Shown: piece after piece, positions 12,548-22,751 of the stretch
How positions within the stretch are numbered: the first letter of the stretch is position 1
Layout of the letters: the number at the start of each line of letters is the position of its first letter
Assembly: GCA_043228905.1 (NCBI GenBank)
Contig: JBHGNT010000016.1
Span: 1,488,001 to 1,552,000, forward strand
Length of the DNA stretch: 64,000 bases
Direction of reading: 5' to 3'
From: Azolla caroliniana
Taxonomy: Eukaryota; Plantae; Polypodiophyta
Made by a program: the position numbers and the translations under genes
The notes under the pieces: generated by a model
Database searches by the model: none
What the model was told of the DNA's origin: nothing
Seen by the model: the letters and a program-made list of their open reading frames with translations, nothing else

Positions 12548-13045
12548 TGTCGTGGAGAAAACTGTCCCTAGGCGGAAACCGAGGATTTCGGGAGAATTGG
12601 CGGTGTGCACCATGTGCACCCCCCTTTGTAGAAACGTGTGAATAGTATGAGTCAAGTCGGCACAGAGAATCCCATGTAAGTTGGGATTTATCCCACATTG
12701 TAATGCATCCCTCTCCTTGTTCTATAAAAGGAAGGGAGCGTCCTTTGTGAAAGGGTTGCCCATTTTGAGTCGTAAGGGTATATACCATTTTGTGCTACTT
12801 ACATACTTTCCTTCTTCTTCTTCTTCTTCTCCTTCTCGAGTACTCGTGCGGCAGTTATGGCAGGAAAGTTGTTAGCTTAACTCCTCTTCTTCTGAGTGTA
12901 CCCGGCTCGCGGCCGGGGTTGTATCTCTCCCTGTTGTAGGTTTGCTTCTACTCGGCCTCCTGTGCAAGACCCCGCTTGGCGCGACGAGCCTGAGAGCTCC
13001 CTGACGGCGGCTTGGCAGCAGACTGTTGTTGTAACCTAGCTTACC
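12548..13045 (+). mobile_element. Gypsy LTR (type B), 3'-truncated and fused to RT of a Gypsy element
   Basis: TGTCGTGGAGAAAA start; near-identical to the LTR at 28892; TATA-like CTATAAAAG ~12723. Confidence 0.85.
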
Positions 13046-14509
13046 TCAGACGAGTTCGCGGAGGCCTTCGCCGGAAGGTCGATTTACTCAGTCGGTGATC
13101 TGTACTCGGGGTACGACCAGTTCCAGCTAGCCGTGGAGAGCAGAGACATTACGACGATGCGAACTCCCCTCAGCCTAGTACGAATGTGTACCCTGCCACA
13201 AGGAGGGACCAACTCGGTGGCCCACATGGTGAATGCAATGAACAAGGTACTGAGGGATTGCATCCCAGACTTCACCATGCCATTTCTAAACGACATCCCG
13301 ATCAAGGGGTGCCCGGTGGAAGAGAAGGACGAGACACTCGGGCCGGACGGATGCCAGTGATTCGTGGCAACACACATCAACGACTGCGAGAAGGTGCTAC
13401 AAAGGCTAGAGGTTGCGAGGCTCACCTTCTCCAGGGATAAATCGGCCTTCGGGCAATCAGAAATCCTGGTGGTCGGACACCTATGTGGACCATATGGCCG
13501 GAAGCCGTCTCCGGCAAAAGTAGAAGCCATCTCTGCGATGAAGACCGACTGTAGCTCGGTTACAGAAGTTCAGAGGTTCCTGGGGGCGTGCGCATTCTAC
13601 CACATATGGATCCCGCATTACGCCCACGTTGCGGAGCCGCTATACGGGTTGCTGAAGAAGGGGCGAAAATTCGAGTGGCGAGACGAGCACACGGAGTCGG
13701 TCCGGAAGCTGAAGGAAGCTCTTGCGGCAGCATCGGCGCTCCGGAAGGCTGTCTACGAGAAGGGTACCCCGGTATACATAACGGTGGATACGAGTCCGAT
13801 CGGGATCGGATGGGTCGTCAACCACGAAGACGAGGACGGCATTCGGTTCCCGATCCGATTCGGCGCAAAGGTCCTCAGTGAGCGACAGCGAGGGTACGCC
13901 CAGGTTAAACGCGAACTCTAGGGTGTCGTTTCGGCAGTAAAGGCCGACAAAGACTACCTGATCGGGACAGAAGTGATTATCGAGACGGATTGCCTGCCAA
14001 TTCTCGGCATGGTCTCCGGATGCGCGACACCGGACCTGGCGATGCTCAGGTGGATAGCATACATCAAGTCCCTGGACCAGGAAATACGACACATTTCCGG
14101 AAAGGACAACGCCATGGCCGACATGCTTTCGAGGGCGAGGTTTGATGATGAGGGCGGCATGGTTTCGGAGGACGAAGAAGTCAGCGTGGACTTCTTCGAG
14201 GCGGCGTACGTGACGACCAATGGGGCGAGCACTCCGGCACTTAACGGCTTCGACGAGAGCAAGTACGACGGCGAGTGGCTACAGAACGGTGGGTTTTTTA
14301 GGACAATGACGCCGGATGCGTCATGGACGAGGGACGAGGCCAACCGGATCCGGAAGAAAGCATACCGATTCTTTCTCCGGGACGGATACTTATGGAAACA
14401 CCCGAAGAAGAGGAACGGCGTCCCGCTCTGGGTGGTGGCGATGAAGGAAGAACAGGAGGAGCTGCTAACGGCCTACCACGACAGCCCTTCGGCTGGACAC
14501 CGTGGAACG

Positions 14510-17500
14510 TGTTGAACACAGTGCTCGGCCACAACCGAGGAATAGGATCAACTCACAGAAAACAGGAAATACAAAATGCACGAGGACAATAGAGAGAAGA
14601 GTACACAGGATGTTTTACGTGGAAAACCCTAAATGGGAAAAACCACGGGAGTCCTCAAACTCCAACTATCACTATAAACACAGATGTACAATAGTGAAGC
14701 TACAAGGCAACAACCTTGAGCTCACTGTCTTCGCCACAGGCGGCGGTAATACACAGAGGCAACGACCTCTCTTCTTTCTCTCTCTCACTCTCTCTCTCGG
14801 CTGCTCTCACTCTCTCTCTCGGCTGCTCTCACTTCGCACCCTCTAAGTGAAAACAGAAAAATGAGCAACAGCACATAAACTGTTTGACTTTCGGGCTATT
14901 TACAAATATAGCCTCAAGGGCCCTTGGCAAACATATTCACAAATATGTCCCCGCATCCGGATCTCTCTCCGGGTACATTCGTCATCCGGCTCCGTAGCTG
15001 CAACCGGGCTTGCCGTCATTCATCTCCGGACATCCCATCCGGAGGGACCGAAATCCCAACAAACTCCCCCTTCACTTCGGCATGGGATGTCTCTCCAATC
15101 CGATCCTCTTCCGGCATGCTTCCAGCTTGTCGGGTGTGAGCACCTTGGTCAGCATATCCGACCCGTTCTCGTCCGTATGGATCTTCGTCAGTACGAACTC
15201 CTTGTCTTCTATCCTTTCCCGGATCCAGTGGTATCTACGCTGGATGTGTTTCGTCCGGGAATGGTAGGCCGCGTTCTTCGCAAGGTGGATGGCACTCTGA
15301 CTATCGCAGTAGAGCCGGTACTCCTCCTGCCGGATACCGACCTCTCTAATGAACTCCTTCATCCATATTATTTCCTTGCCGGCTTCAACAGCCGCCATGT
15401 ACTCCGCCTCCGTGGTTGACAACGCAACTGTCTTCTGCAACCTCGACTGCCACGAAACGGCTCCCCCTGCATATGTCATTACATACCCTGATGTAGACCG
15501 GCTGGTATCCGCATCAGCCGACATGTCCGAATCGGTAAATCCATTGAGTTCGGGCTCACCGGAGCCGAATCGGAGGCACATGTTCGAAGTGCCCTTTAAG
15601 TATCGGAGTATCCATTTGACCGCCTTCCAGTGCTCCTTGCCGGGATTACTCATATACCGGCTCACCACTCCGACTGCGTATCCAATGTCCGGTCGGGTAC
15701 ACACCATCGCGTACATCAAGCTCCCGACGGCAGAGGCATATGGTATCTTCATCATATCCTCCTTTTCAACTTTTGTCTTGGGACTTTGCTTGCCGGATAA
15801 CTTGCAGTTTGCCGGGAGGGTCGACCCGACCGGTCTTGCTTCCGACATGTTGAACCGGTGAAGCACCTTTGTCACGTACTTCTCCTGTGACAGCCACAAC
15901 AGCTTCTTCTTCCGGTCCCGGATGATGTGCATCCCTAGTATTTGCCTCGCCGGACCCAGGTCCTTCATTGAGAAAGTTCGGTGAAGCGCTTTCTTCAGCA
16001 TCCATATCTTGGCCTGGTCCCGTCCGACGATCAACATGTCGTCCACGTACAGGAGAAGTATTAGAAAGTCTCCTCCTTCGAACTTCTTCACAAACACACA
16101 GTGATCGGATTGCGTTTTGTGGTACCCTTCGTCGGTCATGAAAGAGTCGAACTTCCGGTACCATTGCCGGGGAGCCTGCTTCGGTCCGTAAAGGCTCTTC
16201 TTCAACCGGCATACCAGGTGCTCCTTCCCTTTCTTCTCGAATCCTTCCGGTTGCTGCATGTAGATCTCTTCTTCGAGGTCACCGTGAAGGAATGCCGTCT
16301 TCACGTCCATCTGTTCTACCTCGAGGTCCATGCTTGCCGCTATGCTCAGCACCGTCCGGATGGAGGTCATCTTCACTACCGGGGCAAATATCTCGTCGAA
16401 GTCGACGCCCTTCTTCTGCTGGAACCCCTTCACCACGATCCTGGCTTTGTATCTCGGGGGGTTTCCGGCATCTCCCGGTTTCAGCTTGAACACCCACTTG
16501 TTACGAAGTGCCCGCTTTCCTTTCGGCAACTCCACAAGTTCATATGTGTGGTTCTCATGCAGGGAATCCATCTCCTCCTGCATGGCACTTAACCACCTGC
16601 GGCTATGTGTGTCAAGCTTTGCTTCTTCAAAACTCTCCGGCTCCACCTCGTCGGTTAGCAGCACGTGCTCTGGTTCCGGAAATCTTCGGGGGGCCCTTCT
16701 CTCTCTTAGAGGATATCTCCGCTCCGGAGCTTCGGTAACGGGCTCCTCCGTTTCCTCTTCATCCGAATCCATTTCGGGATCGGGGCCGGTTCCGGTATCA
16801 GTTTCATCTTCCTCGGCCGGTTCTGTTTCTTCACCGTCTTCGGCCGGATCCTCGAGTGCTAACCGGTCCCTTTCCGGTCGGGACTGCTCCTCGTAGGGTT
16901 GATTCTCACCGGTCGACTTGGAGTTCTTCAACTTCTTCTCCGACTCCCAGTCAGCGAGTGTCTTGTCCTCCATGAAGATGATATCACGACTCCGGAATAT
17001 CTTTTTGTCGACCGGGTCCCATACTCGGTAGCCGAACTCGTCATCGCCGTAACCGAGGAATATGCATGGCCGGGTCTTTGGATCTAGCTTTCCTCTCCGG
17101 TCCTTTGCCACAGGCACATATGCGAGACACCCGAACACCTTCAGATGCCGGTAGGATACTTCCCTACCGGTCCACACTCTCTGCGGCGTGTCTCCGTCCA
17201 AAGGTACTGAGGGTGATCTGTTTATCACGTATGTCGCCGTCGACATTGCCTCAGCCCAAAACCCCTTGGGTAATTTCGCATGCGCCAGCATACTCTGGAC
17301 CCTCTCCATTATGGTCCGGTTCATCCTCTCGGCCAGCCCGTTCAGTTCCGGCGTCTTCGGCACAGTCAACTCGAGCCGGATTCCCTTCGAGCGACAGTAC
17401 TCCTCGAACTGCCCCCGGTATTCCCCTCCGTTATCCGCTCGTATCGCTTTCAGCTTCTTGCCGGATTCCCTTTCCACTCTCACGTGGAGTTGTTTGAAGA

Positions 17501-19846
17501 CGGACAATACTTGGTCCTTTGTCTTCAACGGTGCCGTCCACAGCTTCCGGCTGTGGTCATCAATGAATGTCACGAAGTACTGGGCTCCGCCATGTGACTT
17601 CGTTTCTACCTGACACACATCAGTGTGTACCAACTCCAATGGTACACTACGTCTCATCGGTGGTCTTGAGCGGAAGGCGGTCCGGTTTTGCTTACCGGCC
17701 AGACAGTCGGTACACTTCCCCAGTTGTACGTGCTTTACCGGTATCAGGTTGTCTTCGGCAAGCCTCTTCATCCCCTTCTCGCTCATGTGGCACAGTCTCT
17801 TGTGCCACAGCTCACCGGTAGTGTCAGCTGCCACGTTCAGCTCCTCCGGACATAGCCGGGAATTCATCAGGTACAGTGTGTTGGCCTTCCGGGCCCGAGC
17901 CACTATCAGGCTCCCTTTGCTGAACTTCATGACACCGTTCCGGATGCTACCCGTGTAGCCTTCATCGTCTAGCCTCCCGGCCGAAATCAGGTTCAATCGA
18001 ACCTCCGGAACGTGTCGAACATCCTTCAGCAGCATCTTGCATCCGGTTGATGTCATCAGCCACACGTCTCCTATGCCGGCAATCCGGCATGTACCTTCAT
18101 TTCCCATCCGGACACAGCCGTGCTCACCGGCTGTGTAGGATGAGAAGTATTTCTTCTCCGGGGTCAGGTGGAACGACGCTCCGGAATCGACCACCCAGGT
18201 CATCTCTTCACCGGCAAGGTTCAGCTCCCTCTCTTCGGTAATGAGCATTATCTCTTCTTCACTTGCCGCGAGTGCCGTCGTTCCTTTCCGATCCTGCCCT
18301 CGCCGATCCGGACCTCTCCGGTCCGTGGCTCCCCGGTATGCACCGTTTCGCTCCGGTGACTTCTTCGAATCGGTACCGTCGGTTCCGTTGTCTTTCCGGA
18401 AATGCCGACAGTTCTTCTGGAAGTGCCCCGGCTTCCCACAGTAGAAGCATGTAGGTCTCCCCCTCGACTGCAACTGTGTCCCCGACTTCTCCCGTCTTTG
18501 CGGACTCCGGTTCCGTTGTCTTCCCCGTTCCGATTCGGTAAGCAGCGCCTTCGAGTCGGAGGCTGGTTCTTTATCTCTCCGACGCGCTTCTTCATTTAGA
18601 ATACTTGTCTTTACCGTTAGTAAAGACAAGTTCTCTTCCTTACAGGAGGTGCTGAGTGTAACTACCAAGTTCTCCCAGCTCTCCGAAAGGGTACACATCA
18701 GCATGATGGCTTGCATTGCGTCATCCAACGGGAACTTGATCGCCGCAAGCTGGTTCACGAATCCCATGAACGTGCTGACGTGTTCGACCATGCTCTCGCC
18801 GTCCCGGTACTTAAGATTCACTATCTTCCTCATCAGGGAGGTCCGGGTCAGAGCATTCTTCCTCTCATACAGTCCGGACAGCTTCTGCCACATCTCATAG
18901 GCGTTCGTATCGTTCGCCACATGTTGCAGGACACTTACATCGACATATTGCCGGATCGTCGCTACGGCTTTCCGGTTCAGGAGCTTCCACTCCGACTCGA
19001 TTACTCCCTTGGGTATCTCGGCATTGTCGATCGGTTCGTACAGGTCTCGGACGATGAGAAGGTCTTCCATCTTTATCTTCCAGTCGGCGTAGTTCTGTGA
19101 GTTCAACACCATCATGCCCGGAGGCCCACTACCGCCGCCTTCCATTTTCTGTGTTACCGTCGCTTTGATACCACTTTGTCAAACACAGTGCTCGGCAACA
19201 ACCGAGGAATAGGATCAACTCACAGAAAACAGGAAATACAAAATGCACGAAGACAATAGAGAGAAGAGTACACATGATGTTTTACGTGGAAAACCCTAAA
19301 TGGGAAAAAACCACGGGAGTTCGCAAACTCCAACTATCACTATAAACAGAGATGTACAATGGTGAAGGTACAAGGCAACAACCTTGAGCTCACTGTCTTC
19401 GCCACAGGCGGCGGTAATACACAGAGGCAACGACCTCTTCGTCTCTCTCTCTCTCACTCTCTCTCTTGGCTGCTCTCACTTCGCTCCCTCTAAGTGAAAA
19501 CAGAAAAATGAGCAACAGCACATAAACTGTTTGCCCTAAGTCATATTTATACACATATGACTTTCGGGCTATTTACAAATATAGCCTCAAGGGCCCTTGG
19601 CAAACATATTCACAGATATGTCCCCGCATCCGGATCTCTCTCCGGGTACATTCGTCATCCGGCTCCGTAGCCGGGGTCTTCAGCATCCGGCTCCGTAGCC
19701 GGGGTCTTCATCATCCGGATCCGTAGCCTGGTACTCTTCATCCGGCTTCATGCCGGGTACTCTTCATCATCCGGCTCCGTAGCTGCAACCGGGCTTGCCG
19801 TCATTCATCTCCGGACATCCCATCCGGAGGGACCGAAATCCCAACA
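14510..19846 (-). mobile_element. Full-length Ty1/Copia copy 3 (LTRs 14510-15061 and 19177-19846)
   Basis: TSD GAACG (14505-14509, 19847-19851); PBS TGGTATCAAAGC resembling tRNA-iMet (19162-19173); PPT ~15064-15074; TG...CA termini. Confidence 0.97.
15072..19145 (-). CDS. Intact Copia Gag-PR-IN-RT-RH polyprotein, 1357 aa
   Basis: Uninterrupted ORF with CCHC, VVDSGAS, HHCC, DDE, YVDD and RNase H motifs. Confidence 0.96.
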   Translation of the reverse strand: MEGGGSGPPGMMVLNSQNYADWKIKMEDLLIVRDLYEPIDNAEIPKGVIESEWKLLNRKAVATIRQYVDVSVLQHVANDTNAYEMWQKLSGLYERKNALTRTSLMRKIVNLKYRDGESMVEHVSTFMGFVNQLAAIKFPLDDAMQAIMLMCTLSESWENLVVTLSTSCKEENLSLLTVKTSILNEEARRRDKEPASDSKALLTESERGRQRNRSPQRREKSGTQLQSRGRPTCFYCGKPGHFQKNCRHFRKDNGTDGTDSKKSPERNGAYRGATDRRGPDRRGQDRKGTTALAASEEEIMLITEERELNLAGEEMTWVVDSGASFHLTPEKKYFSSYTAGEHGCVRMGNEGTCRIAGIGDVWLMTSTGCKMLLKDVRHVPEVRLNLISAGRLDDEGYTGSIRNGVMKFSKGSLIVARARKANTLYLMNSRLCPEELNVAADTTGELWHKRLCHMSEKGMKRLAEDNLIPVKHVQLGKCTDCLAGKQNRTAFRSRPPMRRSVPLELVHTDVCQVETKSHGGAQYFVTFIDDHSRKLWTAPLKTKDQVLSVFKQLHVRVERESGKKLKAIRADNGGEYRGQFEEYCRSKGIRLELTVPKTPELNGLAERMNRTIMERVQSMLAHAKLPKGFWAEAMSTATYVINRSPSVPLDGDTPQRVWTGREVSYRHLKVFGCLAYVPVAKDRRGKLDPKTRPCIFLGYGDDEFGYRVWDPVDKKIFRSRDIIFMEDKTLADWESEKKLKNSKSTGENQPYEEQSRPERDRLALEDPAEDGEETEPAEEDETDTGTGPDPEMDSDEEETEEPVTEAPERRYPLRERRAPRRFPEPEHVLLTDEVEPESFEEAKLDTHSRRWLSAMQEEMDSLHENHTYELVELPKGKRALRNKWVFKLKPGDAGNPPRYKARIVVKGFQQKKGVDFDEIFAPVVKMTSIRTVLSIAASMDLEVEQMDVKTAFLHGDLEEEIYMQQPEGFEKKGKEHLVCRLKKSLYGPKQAPRQWYRKFDSFMTDEGYHKTQSDHCVFVKKFEGGDFLILLLYVDDMLIVGRDQAKIWMLKKALHRTFSMKDLGPARQILGMHIIRDRKKKLLWLSQEKYVTKVLHRFNMSEARPVGSTLPANCKLSGKQSPKTKVEKEDMMKIPYASAVGSLMYAMVCTRPDIGYAVGVVSRYMSNPGKEHWKAVKWILRYLKGTSNMCLRFGSGEPELNGFTDSDMSADADTSRSTSGYVMTYAGGAVSWQSRLQKTVALSTTEAEYMAAVEAGKEIIWMKEFIREVGIRQEEYRLYCDSQSAIHLAKNAAYHSRTKHIQRRYHWIRERIEDKEFVLTKIHTDENGSDMLTKVLTPDKLEACRKRIGLERHPMPK

Positions 19847-19851
19847 GAACG

Positions 19852-21000
19852 TGGGCCACGTTCGAGAAGATAAAGGGGAAGTACTGGTGGCCGAGACTAT
19901 ACTGGGACGTGCATCGGTTCGTGACAACTTGCGAGAGCTGTCAGATGCACTCCATAGTCCGACATTGGGACGAGCTTCACCCTACGTACCCTCCGACCAT
20001 CCACTTCAAATGGATGGTAGATCTGGTGACGATGCCGATGGGAGTAGGACAGATGCGGTATCTGGTCCTGGCTCGGGAAGATCTGACGAACCAGGTGGAA
20101 GGCCGATCCCTTCAGAACAAAACGACCGCGGCCGTATGTCGGTTCCTGATCGAGGACGTGATATGCCGGTACGGGTGCGTCGGGAAGATCGTGGCTGACC
20201 GCGGGGAGTTGGACGCCGAAGAGGCCGAGGAGCTGGTCGATCGGCTAGGAGTCAAGCTCTCGCTTACCGCTGCGTACAATCCGGAGGCGAATGGGAAGGT
20301 GGAGCGCGGACACGGACCGATCGTCAAGGCGTTAGTTCGGGCGTGCGGAGGTCAAGTCGGGAACTGGCCGCGGCTGCTGCCTTACGCGTTGTGGGCTGAC
20401 CGAACTACGCACAGTTCGGTAACCGGATTCATGCCGGCAGAGCTCATGTTTGGGCAGAAGCCGATCATGCCGATGGAACGTACGATCTCCTCATGGGCAA
20501 CTGTGGACTGGAGAGACGAGATGAGCCGGGAGGAACTGTTGGCGGCGCGCATACGACAGCTCGAGCGAAGACCGGAGGACGTGGAGCAGGCTGCAGGAAA
20601 GCTTCGGGTGGCAAGGACGAGGAACAAAGCCCGGTTCAACCGGACGCACCGGCTCCGACCAAAGAAGATCGAGGAAGGCGACTGGGTGCTAGTCTACGAC
20701 AGCAACCTCGACAACCAGCACCGAGCGACACGGAAGTTCGCAAGAAGGTGGTTCGGGCCTTACATGGTACAAAGCGCCAATGACAACGAGACGTACCATC
20801 TGGCGGAACTCGACGGCACGAGAATGGCGATACCGGTAGCTGGGAAGCGGATCAAAGCGTTCAAGAAGCGTCACGACAACGAGCCGGATCCGGTTAACCT
20901 GGATCGCGACGACAAACGATCCAAACCGAGGAAGAACCGACGGGCGGGGAATGAAGGTCGGACCGGTTTTCTCCGTCCCAACTCAATTTGGCGCATGCCG
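19852..21000 (+). pseudogene. Gypsy integrase (3' half of the interrupted pol)
   Basis: CESCQ, WMVDLV, IVADRGE, YNPEANGKVERGH, RWFGPY; no chromodomain seen. Confidence 0.9.
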
Positions 21001-22751
21001 GTGGATGCGCGGTTAGGTGGGGGCGGATGTCGTGAAGAAAACCGTCCACAAGCGGAATCGGTGCACCGGAGTGTAGGAACCGGCTCTTCATGCACGTACG
21101 CCTTATGTAGTACATAAGAGAGAATTAGGTACATAGAAGATCCTAGGTAGGTAGATTCGGTAGGAAGGAAGTTAATAGGAAACGGCTCCTTTCTTGCCTA
21201 TAAAAGGAGGGAGACAGGGAGGAGGAAAGGGATCGCGGTTAGAGAGGACGAAGTGTTGTCGGGTTGTCGGCCGAAGGCTTCTCTCTCTTCCATACTCCGT
21301 AGCTTCTTCCTGTGCAGGTTTTCGGGAGGCTCACACTGCTCTGAGGAATGCCCGAGTGCTTCCGGCAGCACCTCCAACCTACTCCTTTCTTTCTGAGCGT
21401 TTACGAACAGGTATCGGCATCTGTTCGCCGGCCTGTTCGGTTGTAACCGACTTCGTGCTTCTTGTTGTTTGTCCTTGTTAATATATATATACATACATTC
21501 GTGTCTCTCTGCGTCGGTGTCCCACTCGCGTCTTTGTGTTGAAGGGCCGTGTCCCTATGAATCTACGCCCACACGTAGTGGGTCCCTTCCATTCTCCTTT
21601 GTCTCTTGCTCTTCGGTACAAGACCCCCGAGGCCCCGCCTCATTCCACGCATCCGCGAGGAATACCTTGACAACGGGTCGGAGACCGGAAATGATATACA
21701 GGCCGGAGAATTATCCTCCACACCCGCTTCGGAGATCTCGGCAGGCCGATCCGAGTGGCAACGACTGGCGTGGCAAGCCAAGCCCGAGATGACAAGTTCG
21801 TGGGGGCAAGGGGGACGACAGCGAGCGAAAGGCTTCAACCTGGTGGCAGCGGCGCAAGACGAAAGAAGGGCCAAGCAGGCTACTACGGGTATTCTGCGGG
21901 CGCAGAGGACACCCACAGACAAAGGGGAAGCGGTGGTGTCGGGACTTCGCATGCATTGACTCTGGAGATTCCCGCATCCGGCCCGAGAGGCCGTGTGAGA
22001 CCCAGAGTGGCAGACGGTAGCGGCGGCAAGGCGGGCAAACCGAGCTCCCACGAAGATCCTCACACCGATCCAGCGGTCGGCCCGAGTGTCGGCGTGAGTC
22101 CTATAGGAGAGGCCAGTGGCGGCAGGTGAACGCGACCAGCCGAAGAGGCTGATGCAGAGGACGGAGGAGACAAGCGGCGGTGCCGCGACCTTACACACAC
22201 CGGGCCTAGAGGCTCTAGCGGTCGGCCCAAGTGCCGGCGTGAGACCTAGAGCGACGGGCGGTGGCGGCGGCAAGGTGGGCAAACTGAGGTCCCACGAAGA
22301 TCCTCACACCGATTCGGCGGTCGGCCCGAGACCCGGCGTGAGTCCTATTGGAAAGGACGATGGCAGCAGGTGAACGTGATCGAACGACGCAAGCAGAGAA
22401 AGAAGGTATAAGGCCGACGAGGCGGCTACGAACCGAATTGGACCTACCGACAATGTCACGGGCATAAGGAAGTACGGTCCTACAGGATCCCCACACCAGA
22501 CTAGAGACTCTGGCAGTTTGGCCAGCGTGGCAACGTGGCAACGTGAGACCTCGAGAGAAGGCTGGTGGCGGTGGGAAACAGGACCCGACTACGTGGAAGA
22601 CACGAGGAGAGTCCGGGAGGGACTGAAACAAAAGACACCCGGATTTCGGCAAGCAACGAAGCAAAGACCGGTCGTATGCGATCTTCACACTGGTTCTGGA
22701 GACACCTGTTGTTCGGCCAACGTGGCAACATAAGACCGAGGGAGAAGGAAG

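Larger units (their letters stand above)
13046..21672 (+). mobile_element. Ty3/Gypsy element: RT-RH-IN, PPT and 3' LTR (21028-21672), interrupted by Copia copy 3
   Basis: RT DLYSGYDQF/PQGGTNS/FLNDIPIKG, RNase H TVDTS...ETDC, integrase GHRGT|WATFEK rejoined across the Copia insertion; PPT GGTGGGGGCGGA before TG at 21028. Confidence 0.92.

Noticed and set aside
19795-21117. 440-aa ORF as a standalone gene
   Set aside because: Its start lies in the Copia LTR, fused by chance to the interrupted Gypsy integrase.
12548-21672. Treating LTRs 12548 and 21028 as one element's pair
   Set aside because: Different LTR sequences and non-matching flanks (CCGT versus ACGG); 12548 matches 28892 instead.
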